A stretch of DNA of 64,000 nucleotides from Lachnospiraceae bacterium (lineage in GTDB: Bacteria; Bacillota; Clostridia; Lachnospirales; Lachnospiraceae): NCBI GenBank assembly GCA_045127535.1, contig JBGVQN010000009.1, positions 54,786-118,785 on the forward strand, given 5' to 3'. Both the position numbers and the translations under genes were made by a program. This document shows, one piece after another, positions 1-9,058 of the stretch (its first letter is position 1; each line of letters opens with the position of its first letter). The notes below the pieces were generated by a model, which worked only from the letters and a program-made list of their open reading frames with translations, had not been told where the DNA came from and made no database searches.

Positions 1-1350
1 CTGAACCGGCTGACCTCGGATACAGTTGTATGTGCCAGCGGTGTAACCGAGATTTTGCCGGGAATGGCAGGGATGCTGGTGAAAATGATTGGCGCTCTGG
101 TGATGATTCTGGCTCTTGAACCACGATTTGCATATGTTTTCATTCCAGGGGGTGCAGCGCTGATTTTTCTGACTTATGGGTTCCGAAGGGTGCTGAAGCA
201 GCTGCACAAAAAGATACAGGAGCAGGATGGAAAACTGCGGGTTTTCCTGCAGGAACATCTGGAAAGCCTTCTTGTTGTCCGTTCTTTTACAGTTGAAAAG
301 CAGGCGGAAGCAGAGGCGGAGGAAAAGATGGAAAATCACAAGGATGCGCGAATGAAGAAAAATCACTTTTCCAATCTGTGCAATACTGGATTTTCAGGAG
401 TTATGAATGGAATGTATCTGTTTGGACTGGGATACTGCAGCTATGGGATTTTGGCAGGAACGGTTTCTTACGGAACACTTACGGCTATATTGCGGCTGGT
501 TTCACAAATTCAGTCTCCATTTGCCAATATTACGGGGTATTTGCCCAAGTTTTATGCGATGACAGCCAGTGCGGAGCGGTTGATGGAAGCGGAGCAGATG
601 AAGGACGATTGTCCTGGCGGAGTCATAGAGGCATCCGAAATTCACCGGTTTTACAGAGATGAATTTGCAGCAATGGGTTTTGAAAATGCGGATTTTACTT
701 ATCGGAGGTCTGTGGATGGAAAGGAAATTCCACTGGTTCTTCAAGGGATTGATCTGCAAATAAAGAGGGGAGAATATATAGCGTTTACGGGGCAGTCCGG
801 ATGTGGAAAATCCACATTGCTGAAATTGTTCATGTGTCTGTATCCACTGGATGGCGGAAAACGCTATTTGCTGAAAAAAGACAATGAAATGCAGGAACTG
901 ACCAGTGCGTGGCACAGGCTGTTTGCTTATGTCCCCCAGGGAAATCAGCTGATGAGCGGTACCATTCGGGAGATTGTTGCATTTTCAGATAAGGGAAAAA
1001 TGCAGCAGGAAGATAAGATCTGGCGCTCTCTGGAAATTGCCTGTGCAGATGAATTTGTAAAGAATCTGGAAAATGGCATGGATGCACTTTTGGGAGAGCG
1101 AGGCTTGGGACTTTCAGAAGGACAGATGCAGAGAATCGCCATTGCAAGGGCTATTTTCTCAGATAATCCTATTCTTTTGCTGGATGAGTCTACCAGTGCT
1201 TTGGACGAGCAAACGGAGAAACAGCTGCTTGAAAATCTCCGCAGTATGACGAATAAAACGGTGTTGATCGTAACACACCGCCCTGCAGTGCTGGATATTT
1301 GTGACAGGGTGGTTGTGATGGATGAAGCAGGAATTGAGGTGAGGGGATGA
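1..1350 (+). CDS. ABC transporter ATP-binding/permease protein, C-terminal part (5' end outside window)
   Basis: The frame is open from base 1 and the first in-frame ATG is at 55. Walker A GQSGCGKST, ABC signature LSEGQMQRIAIARA and Walker B ILLLDEST are present. The upstream hydrophobic segment fits the end of a fused TMD, so this is an exporter type. Confidence 0.85.
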   Translation: MNRLTSDTVVCASGVTEILPGMAGMLVKMIGALVMILALEPRFAYVFIPGGAALIFLTYGFRRVLKQLHKKIQEQDGKLRVFLQEHLESLLVVRSFTVEKQAEAEAEEKMENHKDARMKKNHFSNLCNTGFSGVMNGMYLFGLGYCSYGILAGTVSYGTLTAILRLVSQIQSPFANITGYLPKFYAMTASAERLMEAEQMKDDCPGGVIEASEIHRFYRDEFAAMGFENADFTYRRSVDGKEIPLVLQGIDLQIKRGEYIAFTGQSGCGKSTLLKLFMCLYPLDGGKRYLLKKDNEMQELTSAWHRLFAYVPQGNQLMSGTIREIVAFSDKGKMQQEDKIWRSLEIACADEFVKNLENGMDALLGERGLGLSEGQMQRIAIARAIFSDNPILLLDESTSALDEQTEKQLLENLRSMTNKTVLIVTHRPAVLDICDRVVVMDEAGIEVRG

Positions 1351-2474
1351 AACAGGCTGGATATGATATGCTGTATTTGTCGGCCTGTGCATTAAACAAT
1401 GTGCAGCCGGATTATGAGAAAGTTGGGGCAATGGATCTGGACAAACTGTATCAGATGTGCAGGTCTCACAGTATGACTGCCATCGTCTGTGATGGGCTGG
1501 AAATGGCGGGGATGAAGCCGGAACAGAAGTGGGTGGAAGCAAAAGCCAAAGCGATCCGGAAAATTGTGCTGCTGGATGCGGAGCGAAAGAAACTTCTTGA
1601 TTTCATGGAGCAGAATGGCATCTGGTATATGCCCATGAAAGGGATTATTCTGAAAGAATTCTATCCAAAGCTTGGTATGCGGCAGATGGGAGATAATGAT
1701 ATTTTGTATGATGAAAAATATCGGGCACAAATTGCAGCATTTATGAAACAGAATGGTTATACAGCAGAAAGCGTGGGAGAAAGCAATCATGATGTCTACC
1801 AGAAAAAGCCGATTTACAATTTTGAACTCCATCGGAATTTATTTTGTGAAATTGTAAATGAGGATATTCTTGCATACTATGCAGATGAGAAACAGCGTCT
1901 TAAAAAAGACAAAGGGAATCAATATGGCTTTCATTTTTCGGATGAAGATTTTTATATTTATATGATCGTTCATGAATATAAGCACTACAGCATTTCAGGA
2001 ACCGGACTGAGATCCCTGATGGATGATTTTGTGTATCTGCGTGCCAAAGGTGAAAGTTTGGATTGGAGTTATATACAAAATGAGTTGCAAAAGCTGGGAA
2101 TACGGGAGTTTGAACAAAGATCCCGCACCCTGAGCAGCAAAGTGTTTTCAGACCCGGGGTGCAGCAGGCTGACAGAAGCAGAGCGGGAGATATTAGAGGA
2201 GTATCTGTTTTCGGGAACATACGGTACTGCACGGAAAACCATTGAAAAGCGTATGGAACTATTTCAGGAACCTGGTGGAAAGGTGTTAAAAATCCGTTAT
2301 CTATGGAGCCGGTTGTTTCCGGATATGAAATTTTACAAAATGAACTATCCGTTTTTCTATCGGCATAAATGCTTACTGCCGGTTGCCTGGATTTACCGAT
2401 TTTTCCGGGGAATTACTGTGAACAGTGCAAAAACCCGAATGGAGATACAGATTGTAAGGAAAAGGGGCCAATAG
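1347..2474 (+). CDS. nucleotidyltransferase-family protein (NTP_transf_5-like, as found in RiPP/lasso-peptide clusters)
   Basis: Its ATGA overlaps the stop of the ABC gene. The 375-aa product resembles the uncharacterised nucleotidyltransferase family that accompanies ABC exporters in lasso and sactipeptide clusters. This is recalled similarity, not a computed match. Confidence 0.45.
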   Translation: MKQAGYDMLYLSACALNNVQPDYEKVGAMDLDKLYQMCRSHSMTAIVCDGLEMAGMKPEQKWVEAKAKAIRKIVLLDAERKKLLDFMEQNGIWYMPMKGIILKEFYPKLGMRQMGDNDILYDEKYRAQIAAFMKQNGYTAESVGESNHDVYQKKPIYNFELHRNLFCEIVNEDILAYYADEKQRLKKDKGNQYGFHFSDEDFYIYMIVHEYKHYSISGTGLRSLMDDFVYLRAKGESLDWSYIQNELQKLGIREFEQRSRTLSSKVFSDPGCSRLTEAEREILEEYLFSGTYGTARKTIEKRMELFQEPGGKVLKIRYLWSRLFPDMKFYKMNYPFFYRHKCLLPVAWIYRFFRGITVNSAKTRMEIQIVRKRGQ

Positions 2475-2591
2475 TGCTTTCCAGCCTCTGGTCATACCCC
2501 AAGAAATCTCCTTGCCTATTTCAATGAGGGAGATGAAAAGGGTTTTCAAGTCTGAATGGTTCCATAAATTTGGATCTTACGGAGGAAAAAT

Positions 2592-3431
2592 ATGAATTTT
2601 AAAGTAGCAATTTTACAAAAACGTTCCGTTGACAGGGAAATGGATCGAAATACCGATACCATCATTGCCAATATGGTGCTTGCTGCAGAAGAAAAAGCAG
2701 ACATTCTGCTGATACCGGAGTGTTTCATTACAGGATATGAATTGCCAATAGACAATCAGGATGCACTGACAGACAACTGTACATACATAGACAGGCTGTG
2801 TGCTGCTGCAAAGCAGTATCATATCGGTGTAGTGGCAACTGCCTTGACACAGGGAGCAGAGAAACCCCAGAATTCTGCTTATGTGATCGATCAGGACGGA
2901 CAGGTTTTGATGAAGTATTCTAAGGTCCACACCTGCGATTTTGCAGATGAGCGCTGCTTGGAAAGCGGCAGTGAATTTAAGGTCTGCGATTTTCATGGAG
3001 TGAAGTTAGGCATTATGATCTGCTATGACAGAGAGTATCCGGAAAGTGCCAGGGTACTGATGATGAAAGGGGCTGAGATCATTCTGGTGCCCAATGACTG
3101 CGGCGCTATGAAGCCCAGAATCCAGGCTCTTTCCACACGTGCATATGAAAATATGGTAGGTATCGCAATGGCAAATCCAAATGGAGCCAATGCAGGTAAT
3201 TCCTGTGCCTATAGCCCCATCTGCTGGGACAGAGATGGAATGTGTGTAGACAATACCATCCTGCTGGCAGATGATATGACAGAAGGCTTGTATTATGCAG
3301 AGTTTGATATGGATGAGCTTCGTGTATACCGGGAGCGGGAGATGATGGGGAATACATTCCGTAAGGTGAAAGCGTATGCGGAGCTGATGGGTACGGATAT
3401 TGGGTATCCATTTGTGAGAGAGGGGCAGTAA
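2592..3431 (+). CDS. carbon-nitrogen hydrolase family protein (nitrilase/amidase superfamily)
   Basis: The Glu (IPECF), Lys and Cys (ICYDREYPE) catalytic-triad context typical of CN hydrolases is present. An RBS, GGAGG, lies before the ATG at 2592. Confidence 0.75.
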   Translation: MNFKVAILQKRSVDREMDRNTDTIIANMVLAAEEKADILLIPECFITGYELPIDNQDALTDNCTYIDRLCAAAKQYHIGVVATALTQGAEKPQNSAYVIDQDGQVLMKYSKVHTCDFADERCLESGSEFKVCDFHGVKLGIMICYDREYPESARVLMMKGAEIILVPNDCGAMKPRIQALSTRAYENMVGIAMANPNGANAGNSCAYSPICWDRDGMCVDNTILLADDMTEGLYYAEFDMDELRVYREREMMGNTFRKVKAYAELMGTDIGYPFVREGQ

Positions 3432-3943
3432 GGTGTGACTGAACAGGTTGCAGCGTCAGGGCGTCAGTGTTCTCATTGACAAAAAGAATAGGAGATGCTA
3501 GAATAACGCTATCTGAAAAACGTTTGCAAGAGTCCTGTGTGAAATGATTCTGATACGGAGGCTCTTGCAATTGCGTGATATGATCTGACGGAGAGAGGTG
3601 AAAAGATGAGAAGATAATTTGCTTTTTGTGTACATGAAGATCGATAGCAGTATGGGTAAACATGCGCATACTGTTTCATCATGTTGCCAAAAGTGGATTA
3701 TGTTCTCATAACCTCTCTTTTTGTGTGCAGAAATGGATGAAAAGTGATGATGGTGCTATCATTCTTTTCTGAATATGAGGTGGTAGGATGTAATGGAACT
3801 GTTTGGCAGCAAATGGTTCCTGTTTTTGTTTATGGATCAGGAGCCGGCACTCTGCTTGTGAAGCAGAGAAATGGTAAATGTGTTACCAGGTAATGTGTTT
3901 CACAATTACCTGAAAGAGGTTACAGCAGATAGGAGAAAACCGT

Positions 3944-4744
3944 ATGAAAAATATTTTTATAGAAGGAATTCAGGGAATGGGCAAGTCCACCTTATTGAAT
4001 CGTATTGCTGCAGAACTGCCGGAATTACATGTGTGCAGAGAGGGAGATTATTCGCCCATTGAGCTGGCCTGGTGTGCATGGATGACAGAGGCAGAATATG
4101 ATCAGATGCTGGATTGCTATGAATCTATCCGTGAAGACATCATACAAAATACTGTTAGAGAAGGAAATCACTATATTGTTTCCTACACCAGGATCATTAC
4201 AGATGTGCCAAACTTCCACAGAGAACTGGAGAAATTTGAAATATACAATGGCAGAAGGACATTGCAGGAGCTGGAAAAAATCGTGCTTTCCAGATATGAG
4301 GGGTTTACGCAAAATGGGTATCTGTTTGAATGTGCATTTTTCCAGAATATCATAGAGGACTTGATTTTATTCCACCAGTTGGGGGATGATGAGATCGCAG
4401 CATTTTATAAAAGACTATACAGCAAAGTGAAGAAAGAAGATTTCCTGTTGCTGTATCTGTATGAGGATGGGATAGAGGATAATATAAAGATTATCCAAAA
4501 GGAGCGTTGTGACCAGCAGGGACAGGAGTTGTGGTATCCGCTGATGCTGCAGTATTTGATCAATTCGCCTTATGGAAAGCAGCAGGGGTATTGTGGCTTT
4601 GCAGATATGATCACCCATTTCCGACACAGACAGGAGCTGGAGCTGCGCATCATCCGTGAGATCATTGGAGACCATGCAGTGATCCTTCCGGCGAAGCAAT
4701 GGGACATGGATGCAATCCTGGCATTGATAAAATCAGGCAATTGA
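3944..4744 (+). CDS. P-loop NTPase, putative (deoxy)nucleoside/small-molecule kinase
   Basis: The N-terminus carries a Walker A, GIQGMGKST. The protein is 266 aa with no other recognisable motif. An RBS, AGGAGAAAA, precedes the ATG. Confidence 0.45.
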   Translation: MKNIFIEGIQGMGKSTLLNRIAAELPELHVCREGDYSPIELAWCAWMTEAEYDQMLDCYESIREDIIQNTVREGNHYIVSYTRIITDVPNFHRELEKFEIYNGRRTLQELEKIVLSRYEGFTQNGYLFECAFFQNIIEDLILFHQLGDDEIAAFYKRLYSKVKKEDFLLLYLYEDGIEDNIKIIQKERCDQQGQELWYPLMLQYLINSPYGKQQGYCGFADMITHFRHRQELELRIIREIIGDHAVILPAKQWDMDAILALIKSGN

Positions 4745-5130
4745 GAAATGCATGAACAGACACTTCGCAAAGCTGATATTAAGCATACTTTTGCAATTGC
4801 CTATTGATAAAATAAAAGGAGGAAGCAGGTTTTGCTGCGCAAAACGTTGCAGTACCTGCCAAAATGCACTTGTATATGAAAAAATCCTTCGTTATAATAC
4901 TCATATATGAATTGCAGATCTGAAACAAGGTCAATGCAGGGCATTTTGAAGTCTGAGAAGTTGGAACCTTTGGGATAGGTGAGGAATATGGCAAAAAAGA
5001 AAAGAGAGCATATGGTGTTTGATCAAATGTGGAAGCAGAAAAAAAAGCATTCCCTTTTCTGTAGTGAACAAACAAAGTGCCAAAAAGAAACAGATAAATG
5101 ATATATTGAAAACAAGGCATAGGAGTGAGT

Positions 5131-5913
5131 ATGAGCAATAAACGTACTTCCATAGCAGTTGTTCTGCTGACGATTATCATGACATTTATGGAAATGACTG
5201 GTTTACCGGCAAGATTATTTTTGAATATCCAGGCTGCAGACATCAATCCAATTTACTTTACGTTGATGGTGAATTTTGTCATAGCCGTTGCCATCTGCTG
5301 GCTGTTCCAAAAAACCATCATCAAAGACTGGAAGTTTGGATTGGGATGGAAAGGAGTATTCAATGGATGTATCCAATATGGAAAACCAGCAGCTATTGCA
5401 ACCATATGTGTAACCATAGCCTTTTGCGTAGGATTGGCACCCTTTGACAACACATCAACCATATGGCGGGTACTGATTGAGGGGATCGTGTATTACATTG
5501 GTGTAGGCATTATGGAGGAGCTTTATCTACGAGGGTTGCTGCAGAATATCATCGAAAAGTGGTTTGGAAAGAGTAAGAATGGAACACTGTATGCAATATT
5601 GATTGCAGCAGTATTATTTGGTCTGGGGCATATTTTTGGCGCACTGGGACAGCCAATTGGGACGATTGTATGTAAAACAGTTTGGGCAGCTGCTCTGGGC
5701 GTGTATTTTGGTGCAGTTTATGTAAAGACCCGTAATCTGTGGGTTCCCATCATTTTGCATTTGATAATTAATTTGTGTGGAATTCCATTCTGTTTTTCAA
5801 CCAGCAATCAGTATCCAACCATAGCATTGATTACCTGCCTGACATCGTATCTGTTGTTGGCAGTTTATGGGGTGTGGATCTTGAAAGAAGATCAGGAGAT
5901 AACATGTGAATAA
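5131..5913 (+). CDS. CPBP family intramembrane metalloprotease (CAAX protease-like)
   Basis: A multi-TM protein with the EELYLRG, FGLGH and HLIIN motifs, which are CPBP motifs 1-3. An RBS, AGGAG, lies 5 nt before the ATG at 5131. Confidence 0.75.
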   Translation: MSNKRTSIAVVLLTIIMTFMEMTGLPARLFLNIQAADINPIYFTLMVNFVIAVAICWLFQKTIIKDWKFGLGWKGVFNGCIQYGKPAAIATICVTIAFCVGLAPFDNTSTIWRVLIEGIVYYIGVGIMEELYLRGLLQNIIEKWFGKSKNGTLYAILIAAVLFGLGHIFGALGQPIGTIVCKTVWAAALGVYFGAVYVKTRNLWVPIILHLIINLCGIPFCFSTSNQYPTIALITCLTSYLLLAVYGVWILKEDQEITCE

Positions 5914-6004
5914 ATTTCAATCAATCTACAGGAGTATACAATTATGAGATTGACAACAAACAGACTGATTTTAAGGTAATCTGGTGACAGTTAGGAGGAC
6001 ACAT

Positions 6005-6559
6005 ATGAAGCATGCAGGAACCATACAAATGGAAACCAAACGTCTGATTTTAAGACGATTTACAGTAGAAGATGCCCCGGCGGCTTTTCGCAACTGGACC
6101 AGTGAAGACCAGGTTACCAAATTTTTGACCTGGCCTACCCATACAGATATTTCGGTTACAGAGGCTATTTTCAAGGATTGGGTGGAACACTATCAGGATA
6201 AAGCCTATTACCAGTGGGCCATTGTGCCAAAGGACTTAGGAGAACCAATTGGTTCCATCAGTGTAGTGGAGATGGATGAAAAGACAGAAAAGGTGCATAT
6301 TGGCTACTGTATTGGCAGTACATGGTGGAAAAATGGTTATACCAGCGAAGCCTTTGCAGCTATCATTCCCTTTTTATTTGAAACTGTGGAGGCAAAACGG
6401 ATTGAAGCCAGACACGATCCCAACAATCCAAACTCCGGAAAAGTGATGCAGAAATGTGGGCTGAAATACGAAGGGACACTGCGAAAGGCAGACTGGAACA
6501 ATCAGGGAATCGTGGATGCCAGTATGTATGGATTATTGGCAGAGGAGTATTATGCATGA
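6005..6559 (+). CDS. GNAT family N-acetyltransferase (RimJ/RimL-like)
   Basis: The N-terminus reads KRLILRRFTVEDA, which is typical of GNAT acetyltransferases. An RBS, AGGAGG, lies 7 nt before the ATG at 6005. Confidence 0.75.
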   Translation: MKHAGTIQMETKRLILRRFTVEDAPAAFRNWTSEDQVTKFLTWPTHTDISVTEAIFKDWVEHYQDKAYYQWAIVPKDLGEPIGSISVVEMDEKTEKVHIGYCIGSTWWKNGYTSEAFAAIIPFLFETVEAKRIEARHDPNNPNSGKVMQKCGLKYEGTLRKADWNNQGIVDASMYGLLAEEYYA

Positions 6560-6638
6560 ATATTGATTCATCTGAAACCATACCGGAAATACAGATACAA
6601 CAATGCTGCTGAAAAATCACACAGAAAAGAGGTTTTTT

Positions 6639-7130
6639 ATGAAATACCATAATATTACCAAAGACGATATGTTAAATGGAGATGGTCTGCGCACAGTGCT
6701 GTGGGTGTCCGGCTGCACCCACAGATGCCCAGGCTGTCACAATCCTATGACTTGGGACATTCAGGATGGGCTGCAGTTTGACCAGACTGCAAAAGCAGAA
6801 CTGTTTGCAGCCTTAGACAAGGAGTATATTTCCGGTGTCACATTCAGCGGCGGAGACCCCCTCCATCCGGATAACCGGCAGGAGATTGGAGAACTGATTG
6901 GAGAGATCTGCAGCACATTTCCAGACAAAACCATCTGGGTGTATACTGGCTATCGGTGGGAAGACTTGCAGGAGCTTGGATATTTGGAAAACATAGATGT
7001 ATTGGTAGATGGTGTGTTCATACAGGCGCAAAAGGACAATACCCTTATGTGGAGGGGCAGTGCCAATCAGCGTGTGATCGATGTGAAAAAAAGTCTGGCA
7101 GAGCAGAAAGTGATCCTGCACTGCCAGTAA
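6639..7130 (+). CDS. nrdG: anaerobic ribonucleoside-triphosphate reductase activating protein-like radical SAM enzyme (NrdG family)
   Basis: The N-terminus YHNITKDDMLNGDGLRTVLWVSGCTHRCPGCHNP carries the CxxxCxxC cluster and the size expected of NrdG. No nrdD gene is adjacent. Confidence 0.7.
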   Translation: MKYHNITKDDMLNGDGLRTVLWVSGCTHRCPGCHNPMTWDIQDGLQFDQTAKAELFAALDKEYISGVTFSGGDPLHPDNRQEIGELIGEICSTFPDKTIWVYTGYRWEDLQELGYLENIDVLVDGVFIQAQKDNTLMWRGSANQRVIDVKKSLAEQKVILHCQ

Positions 7131-7139
7131 CAGATGGAT

Positions 7140-7574
7140 TTATTGTTTACCGGTACTTCCAATCCCGCCCCGGTCTGCGTTCCCCAGATGGGCACATTCT
7201 GCAAAGGAAAGTGCAGGCTGGTGTGCCATCAGGCGGAACTGGCAGATGCGGTCGTTGACATGGATCACTGTGTCACGGAGTGCATATGCAGGCATATACC
7301 ACTGGTCGTTGTCGCCGCAGTAGCTTTCATCTACAACACCCATATGGTTGGTCTGGATGATGCCAAAGTTCTTGAAAGTAGAGCTGCGAGGTACGATATG
7401 AGCCTCATAACCCTGTGGCAGCTCCATGGCGATGCCCAGAGGGATCAGTTTGAATTCTCCCTGCTTCATGGTAATTTCCTCTGCGCAGCGTAAGTCGATC
7501 CAGTCGGACTTGCCGTCAATGTAGCGCAGCTTTTCGATTTGGTCACTGAAATATCTGATTTTTACTGAAATCAT
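7140..7574 (-). CDS. dut: dUTP diphosphatase
   Basis: A 144-aa dUTPase fold with motifs including [17 protein letters not shown] and the RGGIGSTG tail. An RBS, GGAGG, precedes the start. Confidence 0.8.
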   Translation of the reverse strand: MISVKIRYFSDQIEKLRYIDGKSDWIDLRCAEEITMKQGEFKLIPLGIAMELPQGYEAHIVPRSSTFKNFGIIQTNHMGVVDESYCGDNDQWYMPAYALRDTVIHVNDRICQFRLMAHQPALSFAECAHLGNADRGGIGSTGKQ

Positions 7575-7618
7575 TAGAATCCTCCATTGTGAAGCGGCTG
7601 ACCGCTTCTTTTTTATTT

Positions 7619-7708
7619 AGGGAATTGCGAAATATAGTTATTGTAATGAATGCTTTAAAAACACAAATACTTCCCAAAGCTGATACGGACGCTGGTTTCG
7701 CAATGTCC
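7619..7708 (-). repeat. MITE-like palindromic intergenic repeat, minimal copy
   Basis: The termini are GGAATTGCGAA ... GGTTTCGCAATGTCC. The internal ACTTCCCAAAGCTGATA matches the TIR of the full copies. Confidence 0.6.
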
Positions 7709-7734
7709 TATTGGGATGTGCAGCAAGAGTAGTA

Positions 7735-8367
7735 TTATGCTTTCTGAGACGGATCAAAAGTCAGCAGCTCCTGTGCATAAGGCAGTGTCTCCACCCAGTC
7801 ACAGAAGGTGTGCCACTCAGCCAGCTTATGGTGTCGTCTGGCATGGTAAATATTGAACAATGTCTCATAATTAAAGGTACAGGTACGCATCTGGTTATAG
7901 CTGGTAGGCAGAAGCTGGATCATATCATACCAGTCCTCCTTAGACTTGCTTTCCAGATACCGCAGACGGATCACCTCTAACTGCTTTACAACCGTCTCCA
8001 TAAATTCATAGGTATCCGGTGTCATATGGTCACAGCTGAAATCCTCCATGGAAAATTCCTTGCTGTGGATCTTATGCATGGTGCTGGTAGAATTGGCAAC
8101 CGTAGCAACCTTATACGTATCATACTCCTTCCACCAGTAAAGGGGGCCTGTAATATCCACAGATACAAAAATCATACGCATATATTTTCTATGGTCACTT
8201 CCTGCACGGGCCAGACGGGCAGCCAGACTTAAATCATTGGGTCCCAACACATAGTTGCCCTCATCATCATAACTGCTGTCCATACGATCCCAGCTGTTCA
8301 TAGGATTTCTCGCCCCACGAATCGCATTCTCCAGATTCATCACCTGGTCACGCTCAATCTTTAACAT
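7735..8367 (-). CDS. ThyX-like (flavin-dependent thymidylate synthase fold) protein with divergent active-site motif
   Basis: In a by-eye alignment to ThyX, the ITG segment and the C-terminal N-x-x-x-L-x-N-[FI]...R...A-x-W block are recognisable. The canonical RHRx7S motif is not seen; the position reads W-K-E-Y-D-T-Y-K. An RBS, GGAGG, lies 5 nt before the start. Confidence 0.5.
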   Translation of the reverse strand: MLKIERDQVMNLENAIRGARNPMNSWDRMDSSYDDEGNYVLGPNDLSLAARLARAGSDHRKYMRMIFVSVDITGPLYWWKEYDTYKVATVANSTSTMHKIHSKEFSMEDFSCDHMTPDTYEFMETVVKQLEVIRLRYLESKSKEDWYDMIQLLPTSYNQMRTCTFNYETLFNIYHARRHHKLAEWHTFCDWVETLPYAQELLTFDPSQKA

Positions 8368-8805
8368 TGCAACCTCCTATACATACAGAGAAAATGACAC
8401 AGACACCCATGCCCCTTTCACTGTGTAATTCAAAACAATAGAAACCCCAAAAAAGGATCCTCTACTGCATTCCAAAACCATAAAAAGCCTGACAACTACA
8501 CACACTCACCAGACTCCACCCAATATCATACCATGTCTGCCCCCGTTTGTGTAAAAAAAATGCAGGCTTGTGCAAGGAATCTCTATTGTCAGACAGTGCC
8601 AGATTCGTTTATAATAATATCAAAATACAAGCATATGGAATCTGACATAGGATACTCCTGATACACCGGTGAGACCTCATGACACATCCAATGTCAGCAT
8701 TTTTAGAGATTTCGGGCATACTTACCGGCTAAAGCAAAACGTGTCCAGTGAAAAACAATTACCCCAGCCCGTAAGTCCGTTCTAAATCTCCTAAAGTGCA
8801 TCCAT

Positions 8806-9026
8806 AGACAATTATGAAACGATATTCAAAATCAGCTTTGGGAAGTATCTGCAAGCAAATATTTGCTAAGCAGGACTCTTGAAAACGCCGGCACTTTAAA
8901 TTTTGTGCTGTAGGCACAAAATTTATTAGTACCGCTGCGTTTTCACCGAAGCGAGAGCGTGTCCTGCGTGCAAATATTTGCTTGCAGATACTTCCCAAAG
9001 CGTCCGGTACCGAGTTGTGCAATTGC
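8806..9026 (+). repeat. MITE-like palindromic intergenic repeat, full copy
   Basis: Left TIR, CAATTATGAAACGATATTCAAAATCAGCTTTGGGAAGTATCTGCAAGCAAATATTTGC. Core, TAAGCAGGACTCTTGAAAACGCCGGCACTTTAAATTTTGTGCTGTAGGCACAAAATTTATTAGTACCGCTGCGTTTTCACCGAAGCGAGAGCG. Right TIR, ...GCAAATATTTGCTTGCAGATACTTCCCAAAGCGTCCGGTACCGAGTTGTGCAATTGCC. Confidence 0.8.
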
Positions 9027-9058
9027 CTGTCCATATGCCAAAATGAAAGGAGAAAAAT

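Noticed and set aside
7591-7616. Plus-oriented hairpin GAAGCGGCTGACCGCTTC followed by TTTTTTATTT, between dut and the ThyX-like gene
   Set aside because: It looks like a rho-independent terminator, but no plus-strand gene ends upstream of it. Both flanking genes are on the minus strand, where no U-tract follows. It is probably part of or adjacent to the repeat insertion, and not a functional terminator for the annotated genes.
8759-9034. Minus-strand ORF of 91 aa containing the peptide TRSRFGENAAVLINF, with similar ORFs at 58705-58920, 39239-39502 and 61456-61743
   Set aside because: These ORFs are artefacts of translating copies of the intergenic repeat. The same peptide recurs only because the DNA repeat recurs. 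They have no RBS and run across hairpins.
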